Below are positions 27,805 to 37,001 of a stretch of DNA of 64,000 nucleotides, in pieces. Position numbers and translations under genes: made by a program. The notes under the pieces are model-generated. The model saw only the letters and a program-made list of their open reading frames with translations, was not told where the DNA came from and did not search any database. The stretch is taken from the NCBI GenBank assembly GCA_014297435.1, contig JACOQA010000004.1, positions 1 through 64,000 of the forward strand, given 5' to 3'. The stretch comes from Candidatus Nanohaloarchaea archaeon. GTDB lineage: Archaea; Nanohalarchaeota; Nanosalinia; Nanosalinales; Nanosalinaceae. The first letter of the stretch is position 1, and each line of letters begins with the position of its first letter.

Positions 27805-27954
27805 TTTAGTTCAGAACATTCGTCTTTGGGCGGACGAAATGTGAACGAACTGAATCATATACAACTCGTTTGGGCACGAGTTCAATCATGTCGGATTCGA
27901 CTTGGGCGTTGAATCCATTCACGCGTTTGGGCAAACACGTATTTGGGCAAGTAT
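27805..27954 (+). ncRNA. Array of five hairpins carrying TTGGGC (leader RNA or sRNA) upstream of ftsZ
   Basis: TTGGGC at 27826, 27870, 27902, 27927, 27943, each flanked by a different complementary stem; TATA TTTATAAA at about 27778. Confidence 0.75.
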
Positions 27955-28065
27955 CTATCTTCTATCGTAGGATTAGGTATCGCGGTTTAAAAAGATTAGG
28001 TTTACCGCTGCCAAAGCTTACACAACACCACTTACATCACATGATGATCAAGAGCTGATAATTGG

Positions 28066-29130
28066 ATGGAATCCATAATAAACAATTCAGAATCCGGAAA
28101 AGACACCGAAAACCTCGACGACGTAAAGGATGCTAGAATCCTGGTAGTCGGTGCAGGAGGAGCCGGAAACAACCAGGTAACACGAATACAGAAAAAAGAC
28201 GTACAAGGAGCAGACACAGTAGCAATCAACACAGACAAACAACACTTAGAAATGTCCTCCGCCGACAGAAAAATCCTCGTAGGTCGCGACCTAACAAAAG
28301 GACTCGGCGCAGGAGGACAACCCGAAAAAGGAGCAAGAGCAGCAGAAGAAAACCGCGCAGAACTCCGCAGCCTGTTCAAAGACGCAGACATGGTCTTCCT
28401 AACCGCAGGTATGGGAGGAGGAACAGGAACAGGAGTGACACCAGTCCTCGCAGAAATAGCAAAGAAGGAAGATTGTATTGTTATCGGAACAGTAACCATG
28501 CCTTTCGAAATTGAAGGCGCAAGAATGTCAAAAGCCGAAGAAGGACTATACAGGTTGAGAAAACACGTTGACACTGCAATCGTAATCGAAAACGACAAAC
28601 TACTTGATATTGCGGGCGACATGCCTCTCGATCAAGCCTTCGGTGTCGCGGACGAGCTGATCACCACCATGATAAAAGGCGTAACAGAAACAATCTCGAA
28701 ACCTTCACTCGTAAACCTAGACTACGCAGACGTCCAAGCAATCATGAACGAAGGAGGAGTCGCAGTCGTAGGATACGGAGAATCAGACACAAACAACAAA
28801 GGAGAAGAAGCAATCCATGAAGCACTCTCCAACCCACTACTCGATGTAGAGTTTGATGGAGCAAACGGAGCACTCATGCACGTAGCAGGAGGAACCGACC
28901 TCACACTCAACGAGATCAACGACGTAGGTCAGACAGTCAAAGAAAGACTTGATTCAAGAGCTCAGGTAATCTGGGGTGCAAGAGTCAAGGAAGAACTTGA
29001 GGGCAAGATCCAAGTGATCTCGATCATCACAGGGGTAGAATCACCTTATGTACTTGGAGAGGTCGATGAGCAGCAGGAATCAGAAGTAAAAGGCGATGTC
29101 AACGACCTAGGACTGGAGGTTATCGAGTAA
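28066..29130 (+). CDS. ftsZ: Cell division protein FtsZ (FtsZ2-like)
   Basis: GGAGNN, AINTDKQHL, GMGGGTGTG tubulin signature, NLDYAD, C-terminal GLEVIE. Confidence 0.97.
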   Translation: MESIINNSESGKDTENLDDVKDARILVVGAGGAGNNQVTRIQKKDVQGADTVAINTDKQHLEMSSADRKILVGRDLTKGLGAGGQPEKGARAAEENRAELRSLFKDADMVFLTAGMGGGTGTGVTPVLAEIAKKEDCIVIGTVTMPFEIEGARMSKAEEGLYRLRKHVDTAIVIENDKLLDIAGDMPLDQAFGVADELITTMIKGVTETISKPSLVNLDYADVQAIMNEGGVAVVGYGESDTNNKGEEAIHEALSNPLLDVEFDGANGALMHVAGGTDLTLNEINDVGQTVKERLDSRAQVIWGARVKEELEGKIQVISIITGVESPYVLGEVDEQQESEVKGDVNDLGLEVIE

Positions 29131-29190
29131 CTCTCGATACCTCTCTTTCACATCATATTTTCCCCCCTACATATTCACATTATGCTTTCA

Positions 29191-29302
29191 AAGGAAGAAA
29201 GGATCCTCCCGTTAGAGAACCGTCGGGGACACAAAAATCCTGACGGCTCTCGACCCAACACTCCCCTCCCCCCTTTCACACGCGGAGGCATCCTTTCACC
29301 TT
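29191..29302. ncRNA. Candidate ~110-nt structured RNA element downstream of ftsZ
   Basis: Outer stem GAAAGGAT-CCTCC/GGAGG-C-ATCCTTTC, inner hairpin GAGAACCGTCGGG/CCTGACGGCTCTC, unpaired C-rich tract. Confidence 0.55.
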
Positions 29303-29358
29303 ATTTATTTTCCAACAATTCGAAAGAAGTAAAAGAATTCTAAACATTAATTAGAAGC

Positions 29359-29862
29359 GTGAGAAACCAAAAATTCTACATTTACTCTCTCGGAGCAGTT
29401 TTATTATCGATTTTTACAGGTCTCCTGGCGTTTAGAGAGTTATTTCTTCCTGCAGGAGCGATTGGACTAGGATTACTAGGATTTAGATACATGGCTTCGA
29501 GGGAAGGGAACAGATCAGGAAGAACTGATAAAATGAAGCTAACAAAATCCCTTTCCGAGAACATTTCCGAGGTTATTGTTATTTCAAGCGTCCTAATCTC
29601 AGGTCTTGTAGGCAAGACCATCATACTTGGCTTGTTTGCAGCCCTTTGTATTGAAAAGGCTTATATGGGCGACCTGAAGAACAGAGTTCTCAGAATAATG
29701 AGCCTTAGATTCGGATCGGATCTAAGAATTCTTCTAGCTTCTCTGATTCTTCTTGCCTCTCAGTTTAATCCTCACTCGGCGTTCTGGGGGTCGATTCTGC
29801 TGGCATCAACCGTGTTCTACGACACGACCTATCTAGTGTATTCGGGTTTCAGTGAGGCGTGA
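29359..29862 (+). CDS. Membrane protein (possibly degenerate CDP-alcohol phosphotransferase-like)
   Basis: 167 aa, 5-6 TM; the DGxxAR motif is not intact. Confidence 0.6.
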   Translation: MRNQKFYIYSLGAVLLSIFTGLLAFRELFLPAGAIGLGLLGFRYMASREGNRSGRTDKMKLTKSLSENISEVIVISSVLISGLVGKTIILGLFAALCIEKAYMGDLKNRVLRIMSLRFGSDLRILLASLILLASQFNPHSAFWGSILLASTVFYDTTYLVYSGFSEA

Positions 29863-29907
29863 TACCTTTCCCGAACTATTTAACTGTTAGTCGATCGAAT
29901 TCGTTAT

Positions 29908-30414
29908 ATGAAGGCTCCAATTTGTAACGTATGCTTGAAGAGTTCTGACGAGCTCTGCAGCATGTGCGAAGACAAGCTAGAAGACGGTGATATCACCGAG
30001 ACTGATATCAAAATCACCAGAATACTGTACGACCTTTCGAAGGAATACTCCTCTCTCAAGGATTCAGAGATCGTTAAGGTATTTGAGATGGAGAAAGTTA
30101 TAGTTATAGTTACTGCGGAAGGTGACGGCGCAAAAGTCGTCGGAAGAAGCGGCGAAATTGTGAAAGAAGTTGCTTCTGAAGTAGATAAATCCATTCGAGT
30201 TGTCGAAAAGGCTGAAGACGACATGGACACAATCAAAGGACTTCTAAGTCCTGCAGAAGTAGAGTCGATCAACACAGTCTTCATGCCTGAAGGAAAGTCG
30301 AAGAAGATCGTTGTCGACGACGAGTACACCGGCAAGATCAACCTATCGGTCGAGGAGTTCGAGGAGATTATCAAGGAAATCACCGACACGCCTTACAAGC
30401 TGTCGTTCGAATAA
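29908..30414 (+). CDS. Archaeal NusA-like KH-domain protein with Zn knuckle
   Basis: MKAPICNVC...LCSMC; VVGRSGEIVKEV KH GxxG. Confidence 0.85.
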   Translation: MKAPICNVCLKSSDELCSMCEDKLEDGDITETDIKITRILYDLSKEYSSLKDSEIVKVFEMEKVIVIVTAEGDGAKVVGRSGEIVKEVASEVDKSIRVVEKAEDDMDTIKGLLSPAEVESINTVFMPEGKSKKIVVDDEYTGKINLSVEEFEEIIKEITDTPYKLSFE

Positions 30415-30479
30415 CTCCTTACCCAATTTTCCATTCTATTCTGCTTGTTCTTAAGAATCTTCTTCTCATAATCTAGAGT

Positions 30480-32276
30480 ATGTCGACAGGGAAAAACTCG
30501 AAGAAGTTTATCGTAACTATAGATCAGGAGAAGATCGAACCAGACCTAGCCCGAGAGACAGTAATCAAGTACGACCCGTTAAACCGTTCTGGACAGGAAG
30601 GCGGCTTCTATATTGATGAGAATGAGGAGCTTCATATCGATAATGAGAAAGTTATGGAAGCTCATAAGATGGCGATTAACCGGTATCCTTACGAGAACGC
30701 GATCCAGATGATCCAGCTTCCTTTTGAGGAAGGAGAGAAAGTCCACCAGTTCCATGACAACAGTTTCCGGCTTTACGGTCTTCCTGTACCTGAGAACGGA
30801 AGAGTTACCGGAATAATAGGTAAAAACGGCATAGGAAAGTCAGTCTCATTGAATATTCTTTCCGGCGAACTAAAACCTAACCTCGGTAATTTCGAAAAAC
30901 CCCCTGAGTGGGACGAGATAGTGAAAGAATATCGTGGAACCGGCCTACAGACTCATTTCGAAGAGCTATCAAGCGAAGGGATAGAATCAGCTTTCAAACC
31001 TCAACAGGTTGAAAGACTGCCTCAAGCATATGAGGGAAAGGTCAGAGAGCTGCTTGAAGGTGTCGACGAAAAAGATAGTTTAGAGGAAATTGCGGAGGAG
31101 GTCGATATTGATCATCTTCTTGATCGTGAACTTAAGCAGCTATCTGGCGGAGAGCTTCAGAGAGTTGCTATCGCATCCACCTTACTGAAGGATGCTGAAC
31201 TTTACATGTTCGACGAACCTAGCTCATTCCTCGATGTAAAGCAGCGTCTAAAGACAGGAAGAAAAATTAGAGAGATTGGCGAAAAACAGGAAAATACAGT
31301 TCTGGCTGTTGAACACGATCTTGCAACCTTAGATTTAATCTCTGATAACATCCATATCTTCTACGGAGAACAAGCAAGCTACGGAATGGTCTCGAAAGCC
31401 CTTTCTACAAGAGAAGGTATTAACAACTATCTTGACGGTTATCTTCCTGCTTCAAACGTACGTTTCCGTTCGAACTCGATAAAGTTTGACAGAACCAAGC
31501 GATCTCAGGTCGAAAAGAAACCTGTAGTCCTGAGCTTCGACGAAATGGCAAAGGACTTTGGTGAGGGAGAGTTTGAACTTGAAATCGAATCCGGAAAGGT
31601 ACACGAGGAAGAAGTGCTTGCAATATTTGGCGAAAACGGTTTAGGTAAGACAGTGTTTGCAAAGATGTTGGCAGGAGCTATCGAAACAGATGAAGGAGAA
31701 TCACCAGATATCTCGATCTCCTACAAACCACAGTACCTCGAGGCTGAGAACGAGACAGTCAAGGAAGCTATCTCGAACTATGTCAATCCGGAGAACAAGA
31801 AGTTTGAAAACCGTATTGCTGAGCCTCTAAACTTGGAAGATCTCTACGAAAACAACCTAGAAGAGCTTTCGGGAGGAGAGCTTCAGAAAGTAGGGATCGC
31901 TATCTGTCTTTCAAGAGATGCAGAGGTCTATCTACTTGACGAACCTTCTGCTTACTTGGATGTTGAATCCAGGGTTGAGCTTGGAAAGATGTTGAAGCGT
32001 TTCGCTAGGAAGGAGGGGAAACCTCTGATGATCATCGATCACGATCTTATGATGCTTGACTATGTTGCGGATAGAGGCATGGTGTTCAAAGGAGAACCAG
32101 GTAAAGGTGGAGAAGGTTCTAAGCCTATGAGTATCGGTAAAGCGATGGACTCTTTCTTGGAAGAAGTTGATATTACTTTCAGAAAGGATCCGGATTCGGG
32201 ACGTTTGAGAGCGAATAAACCTGGAAGCCAGAAGGATCAGGATCAGAGAAGTTCTGGAGAATACTACGAAAAGTAA
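30480..32276 (+). CDS. rli: Ribosome recycling ATPase ABCE1/RLI with Cys-free N-terminal domain
   Basis: FRLYGLP, two ABC domains (GKNGIGKS, LSGGELQ, DEPS), KPQ, GINNYLDGYLP, ITFRKDP..GRLRANKPGSQKD. Confidence 0.96.
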   Translation: MSTGKNSKKFIVTIDQEKIEPDLARETVIKYDPLNRSGQEGGFYIDENEELHIDNEKVMEAHKMAINRYPYENAIQMIQLPFEEGEKVHQFHDNSFRLYGLPVPENGRVTGIIGKNGIGKSVSLNILSGELKPNLGNFEKPPEWDEIVKEYRGTGLQTHFEELSSEGIESAFKPQQVERLPQAYEGKVRELLEGVDEKDSLEEIAEEVDIDHLLDRELKQLSGGELQRVAIASTLLKDAELYMFDEPSSFLDVKQRLKTGRKIREIGEKQENTVLAVEHDLATLDLISDNIHIFYGEQASYGMVSKALSTREGINNYLDGYLPASNVRFRSNSIKFDRTKRSQVEKKPVVLSFDEMAKDFGEGEFELEIESGKVHEEEVLAIFGENGLGKTVFAKMLAGAIETDEGESPDISISYKPQYLEAENETVKEAISNYVNPENKKFENRIAEPLNLEDLYENNLEELSGGELQKVGIAICLSRDAEVYLLDEPSAYLDVESRVELGKMLKRFARKEGKPLMIIDHDLMMLDYVADRGMVFKGEPGKGGEGSKPMSIGKAMDSFLEEVDITFRKDPDSGRLRANKPGSQKDQDQRSSGEYYEK

Positions 32277-32309
32277 AGAAGCTTTGAAACCAATATTTTT
32301 CTCTGGTGA

Positions 32310-33164
32310 ATGAAAATATTGAAAACTGTAGCAAGGGCTCTCTTGAGAGATGAAGAAGGAAAATTCCTTGTTGTGCCGGCAGATGAGCCTGAAAACTCAT
32401 GGAGTCTTCCAGGTATTGAGTTAAATGATGTAGAGAATCGGAAAAGACGGCTTTCTATATCTCTTAATGACATGGGAATTGAAACTGAGAATCCTAAGGA
32501 TGTAGTGAGAATAGCTACTGAGACAGATGATAATATAGAGCGATATGTCATCTATTTTGATGATTTTTCAGGCGAGATTGAAGAGGGTCGATGGGTGACA
32601 GGAAAAGAATTTTTAGAGTTAGAGGAATCGCCTGAAGCAGGTCTTTATATTGTTCCTATGTGTTTTCTTGACAGCTATCTTGAGACCGAAGCAAATTATG
32701 GAGTAAAAGGTCATGAGCTGGATGTTGAGAAGACTTTGGTTTCAGATGGCAGCAAACTGTTGATGTTGAAGAAGGCGCGTCGTCTCAAGGTCTCAAGTTC
32801 AGAGGTTGTTGATAGGTACGGCGAGATGTCTAAGTGTTGGGAACAACCTGGAGGAATTATTGAAGATGATGAAAACCGGTTTGAGGCGGCGAAGAGAGAA
32901 CTAAAGGAGGAAACCAGCCTCGAAGTCAAAGAGCTAAAAGGTTTCATGAGAATGGAAATAGAACATATCAACACTGTAAAATGTTACATTCTATTTACAG
33001 AGAGTTTTTCCGGCGAGGTCGAACTGTCCAAAGAGCATACAGAATTTCGTTGGATAGAACCTAAAGAGTTTAGAGGGCTTGAATGGCATCGTGACGCCGG
33101 ATACGGTATAGCAGCGATTGAAAACCTTGACTTACTACTTAGGAAAAATTATAACCGGAACTAA
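32310..33164 (+). CDS. Tandem NUDIX-domain protein
   Basis: Degenerate N-terminal Nudix (WSLPG) plus intact WEQPGG...AAKRELKEET. Confidence 0.85.
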   Translation: MKILKTVARALLRDEEGKFLVVPADEPENSWSLPGIELNDVENRKRRLSISLNDMGIETENPKDVVRIATETDDNIERYVIYFDDFSGEIEEGRWVTGKEFLELEESPEAGLYIVPMCFLDSYLETEANYGVKGHELDVEKTLVSDGSKLLMLKKARRLKVSSSEVVDRYGEMSKCWEQPGGIIEDDENRFEAAKRELKEETSLEVKELKGFMRMEIEHINTVKCYILFTESFSGEVELSKEHTEFRWIEPKEFRGLEWHRDAGYGIAAIENLDLLLRKNYNRN

Positions 33165-33195
33165 TATTAGGTTTTAACTACTAAAAAATAGTTTA

Positions 33196-33876
33196 ATGGA
33201 ACTTTCAAACCTACACGAAATACAGGTCTCTATACTCAAGCAACTGGGGTACGAGGAGCAAAAAAGTTTCTCTGAGCTTCAGGGAGACTTTCCTAGCAAC
33301 AAGCTGGCTTTCCACCTAAATCAATTACAGGAGAAGAATATAATTGAGAAAAAGGACGACCTGTATGTTACTACCAAAAAAGGCAGAGAGATAATCATTG
33401 AATTCTTGGGTGCGGATACCTCTAACCCCGTCACACTCTTGAGTCTGGTTATCTGCTCAGACGACAATGTTTACCTTGAATACCAGTCCAATCCGTTAAC
33501 TATTTTCAAGGATATGTACAGGCTTCCGACGGACAAGGTTCGAACTCGGGAAAGACTTAGTGAGACAGCTGAAAGGATTTACAGGGAAAGAACTGGTGAA
33601 GAACCGGAAAACTTTGAGAAAATGGGTGTTTTCGACAAGGTAGTTGAACTGAAAGACGGTGTTGAACAAAGATACCTTCTTTTCTATCTCAAAACCGAGT
33701 ATGAAGGAGATCTCGACAATCTTGTGTCTATGTCGGAACTAGAAAGCCTTGAATTAATTCCAGGAGTTAAGAAGGTGATAAAAGAGGTCCACGGCGAACA
33801 AGAATGTGATTTTGTCGGAGACTGGGAAGTTAAGCAGACTCAGGAAGGGTTCATCAACAAGAAATTCGACCTTTGA
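33196..33876 (+). CDS. wHTH plus degenerate NUDIX regulator
   Basis: SFSELQ..FPSNKLAFHLNQL HTH; LP..KV..RERLSETAERIYRERTG. Confidence 0.75.
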   Translation: MELSNLHEIQVSILKQLGYEEQKSFSELQGDFPSNKLAFHLNQLQEKNIIEKKDDLYVTTKKGREIIIEFLGADTSNPVTLLSLVICSDDNVYLEYQSNPLTIFKDMYRLPTDKVRTRERLSETAERIYRERTGEEPENFEKMGVFDKVVELKDGVEQRYLLFYLKTEYEGDLDNLVSMSELESLELIPGVKKVIKEVHGEQECDFVGDWEVKQTQEGFINKKFDL

Positions 33877-33949
33877 TAGAGAAAAGATTTAAAAACGTTA
33901 AGCTCAATTGTACTGTTTGTCAAGTCGATTTGAGTCGAGGTGATAGTTC

Positions 33950-34423
33950 ATGGAGATGATAACCAAATCCTGTGCTGAAGAGATTATTGAAGTATCAAAT
34001 ATTGAGAGTAGAGTAACAGAGACTCACTTCCTTTTCGGCAGAAACGATGTTTTCTCATTTGAAGAAGACGGATCTGTTTTCACTCTTATTGAGACCGATG
34101 AAACTAACTTCCTTATCCATGACTTTGTCTCACAGGGTAAGGAAGAGAGAAAGATTTCAGAAGTAGATCGAGAAGATGCTGTTGAGTTCCTAGAAAATAC
34201 AGGGCATAAACCTTTCATGAGGCTTGACATAGAACGTTTCGAGATTGATAATGGAGATGAATCGTTTACTGTAGAGAAAGTCGAACAGTTAGGCTACTTT
34301 TCTGGTAAAGACTCTGACTCGAAAAGAAACTATGGAGAGCTTCTGAAGGATAAAATGATCAAGGACAAGGAGAAGAATGAGGAAGTGCATCGAGGCGCGA
34401 AAAAGGTACTGAACCTTTCATAA
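33950..34423 (+). CDS. CYTH-like (class IV adenylate cyclase fold) protein, degenerate
   Basis: VEKVEQLGYF and NYGELL resemble the CYTH C-terminus; SD GAGGTGA. Confidence 0.5.
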   Translation: MEMITKSCAEEIIEVSNIESRVTETHFLFGRNDVFSFEEDGSVFTLIETDETNFLIHDFVSQGKEERKISEVDREDAVEFLENTGHKPFMRLDIERFEIDNGDESFTVEKVEQLGYFSGKDSDSKRNYGELLKDKMIKDKEKNEEVHRGAKKVLNLS

Positions 34424-34463
34424 CTGGTCTGGTTTTAAGAAGTTTTAGGTCTGTTTTTTCTAT

Positions 34464-34667
34464 ATGGGACGTGTAAGACCTACATACATCAAGAGACTTG
34501 CAAAAGACCTGGTAGAAGCCGATCCTGAAAGCTTCTCAGAGGAGTTCGAAGAGAACAAAGAAGAACTAAATGATAAAGCAGATTTCAAGTCGAAGAAGCT
34601 AAGGAACAGAGTAGCTGGGTATATTGTCAGAGTCGTGCAGAATAGAGAAGACCCGACACCAGCATAA
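34464..34667 (+). CDS. rps17e: 30S ribosomal protein S17e
   Basis: MGRVRPTYIKR...FEENK...SKKLRNRVAGY. Confidence 0.97.
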   Translation: MGRVRPTYIKRLAKDLVEADPESFSEEFEENKEELNDKADFKSKKLRNRVAGYIVRVVQNREDPTPA

Positions 34668-36996
34668 TGAAGAATAACTGAACCGTACCTATTCCGGGAA
34701 CTTCTTGAGCTGGAGAAGTAGGATTTGAACTTGTTACAAGGACGGGCAGTTTTTTCACTGTCTTAGTATTGAAATTACGGTTTCTTGTAGTTACTGTTAA
34801 TTCTCTCTCCTCCTGATCATTTGAGGGAGAGTTTGGAGTTACTTCTGCTAGAAATCTTTCGGATTCTCCAGGTCCTAGTTCGAACGCGATGTCCTTCTTT
34901 CCGTTTGACTGAAATCTGCTATTGACTCCGGAAAGATTTAAGAACAGTCTACGCGGATCACTGTAATCAACAAGATTAGTTACTTTAATAGGAACAACCT
35001 TGGTGTTTTTATGAGACGTTACTAATGAGCCGTATTCGTATTCTATGGTTGGTTGAACACGAAAGCTCGATCCGATAACTTTTTCGAAAGAGAAGGTTTC
35101 TACCGTTCTATCAACTCCATCATATACTTCGATTCTCCAGCGCATCTGACCCAAATCCCTCACCTTCCAATCTGTGCCTATCCTGTTTTCATCCGCCACA
35201 GATAGTTTGTCGCCAATCAGAGTTCCATCGTTAGCATTATAGAAACTGACATCAACAGAATCATTGTTTCTATCTTCAACTAGAGCACTGATATCTACTG
35301 GATAGCGGAAGGCATAACCATCGTCCTCAGGATCAGGATTACTTATTACGGGAGGAGGGTTTTCAACGTAGTAATCTTTTTCGTAAACTGATGTAGCTCC
35401 GTTTGCATCTCTTAGACGGAACGTAAAGTTGTACCATCTTTCAGCCTCGTTCGGCACAATTTGACTAGTTAGAAACTTTCTCTGGTTACCCGCAAGATTT
35501 TGCTCATTTAACTGCGCCCCATCAATCTCTAAGTTTGATCCCTCCTTCATGCTGTAAGTTCCATCAACTCCTGAAACTGAGTAATGCTCGACGTTGAAGC
35601 TTGTCTGAAACTCTCTGTTCCAGTCTGGATGGTCTAATTGCGAAGGATCAAAAGAAGAAACTATCTGTGAAGGATAACCAAGCTCGACACGATTGTTTCC
35701 CTCATTAGGCTCCAGTGTTTTGCCATCTCCATACGAAGTTGAATCCCATAGTCCCTTTGGGTCTATATGAGCGTAGATGGGCTCGTTATCAGAGAAGAGA
35801 CTATTTGAGGACGAGAAACTGATATCGAACTGCTGTGATTCTCCAGGATCTAGAACTCCTACTTGTCTTTCTATCTTGGTGCTCCCGGATTGATCTCTTA
35901 TCCATAACTTTCTGGGCTTTGAAGCTGTGTTACCTGAGTTGGTTACTTCTACTTTTATACGGACAGTTCCGTCCGATGATTTTCTTACAAGACTGTGGTC
36001 TGAAATAGCAAAGTCGACGTATTTCACATCCATTTGGTTTGAACTGCTGAAGTCGTATTCTACAGTGTTTCCGTTCGCTTTCTGAATTCTGATATAGGAC
36101 TGACCTGTTTTCCGTGGATAATTGCCGTAAAATGTAGGTCTCCAGACGAATTTCTCTGAATGGATGCCGCCAGATAGATCTAGACCTGAAATTGTGTAGT
36201 CTCTGACATCTCCATAAGTATTTGAGTCCGTAAATGTGTCAAATGAGTGAGTCTGGTCATTGTAAACCGGATGGAGCTGTCCTGACGCTCCTGAACCTGC
36301 TTCCTGCGAGATATCATCAAGTATTTTATCCCAGTCGGTTCCGAAAGAATAGTGAGATCCACCTGTGGTGTCAGGAAGATCGTTCGCTACAGCGTTATAA
36401 CCTCCACAACTGAGATCATCCGTGACTGTGAATACTTTGTATCCCTGACTATCCAGAGTGTCTGCCATGTTCTTTATTGATGAGGGCGAGTGAACTCCCG
36501 CCCCCACAACCAGTATCATGATCTTGCGTTGTCCTGACTGCCAGTTTAAATTGTTTAAAGAGTTTGAAAGTCCCCCCGATGCATCCTCCTCGCAGTCTGC
36601 TCCACCTCCCGCCGAAATACTGTTAACTGAGGACTCTAACGTATTTTCACTTGTAGTGAATGTCTGATCAACAGAGGCTGAATCCTTAAACGTGACTATT
36701 GAACCTCTAGCATCTGAACCTAGACCTTGAAAGAATGACTTGATATTGTTCTTAATCCCATCTATCTGACTTCCCATTGAACCCGTATCGTCGATTATGA
36801 ATGAGACCTGAACAGGTTCTAACTCCTCCACTTCGTATTCAAACGTCGAGTTAATCATCCGTCCCATCACAAATTCGCCATCATCATCTCCATCAACAGT
36901 TGAATGCGACTGGCTCAGTATTTCCGTGTCAGCAGTCGCTGAACTAAGTAAAGTGAAGAGTATAAGAAGTGGCAGAATTTTGCTAAGGGAGATCAT
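34627..36996 (-). CDS. Surface protein: vWA + CARDB/Ig-like domains, C-terminal VPG-TM anchor
   Basis: Signal peptide, MIDAS-like DDTGSMG, VTNSGN...EPNEGNN, EVPGIG followed by a TM helix. Confidence 0.85.
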   Translation of the reverse strand: MISLSKILPLLILFTLLSSATADTEILSQSHSTVDGDDDGEFVMGRMINSTFEYEVEELEPVQVSFIIDDTGSMGSQIDGIKNNIKSFFQGLGSDARGSIVTFKDSASVDQTFTTSENTLESSVNSISAGGGADCEEDASGGLSNSLNNLNWQSGQRKIMILVVGAGVHSPSSIKNMADTLDSQGYKVFTVTDDLSCGGYNAVANDLPDTTGGSHYSFGTDWDKILDDISQEAGSGASGQLHPVYNDQTHSFDTFTDSNTYGDVRDYTISGLDLSGGIHSEKFVWRPTFYGNYPRKTGQSYIRIQKANGNTVEYDFSSSNQMDVKYVDFAISDHSLVRKSSDGTVRIKVEVTNSGNTASKPRKLWIRDQSGSTKIERQVGVLDPGESQQFDISFSSSNSLFSDNEPIYAHIDPKGLWDSTSYGDGKTLEPNEGNNRVELGYPSQIVSSFDPSQLDHPDWNREFQTSFNVEHYSVSGVDGTYSMKEGSNLEIDGAQLNEQNLAGNQRKFLTSQIVPNEAERWYNFTFRLRDANGATSVYEKDYYVENPPPVISNPDPEDDGYAFRYPVDISALVEDRNNDSVDVSFYNANDGTLIGDKLSVADENRIGTDWKVRDLGQMRWRIEVYDGVDRTVETFSFEKVIGSSFRVQPTIEYEYGSLVTSHKNTKVVPIKVTNLVDYSDPRRLFLNLSGVNSRFQSNGKKDIAFELGPGESERFLAEVTPNSPSNDQEERELTVTTRNRNFNTKTVKKLPVLVTSSNPTSPAQEVPGIGTVQLFFIMLVSGLLYSARL

Positions 36997-37001
36997 ATTG
37001 G

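Noticed and set aside
27805-27954. Mini-CRISPR interpretation of the TTGGGC array
   Set aside because: The constant part is only 6 nt, spacing is irregular (44, 32, 25, 16 nt), the flanks are self-complementary stems, and no cas genes are present
27870-28058. 62-aa ORF overlapping the hairpin array as a possible cdrS
   Set aside because: TTG start, basic non-acidic sequence, no ribbon-helix-helix pattern
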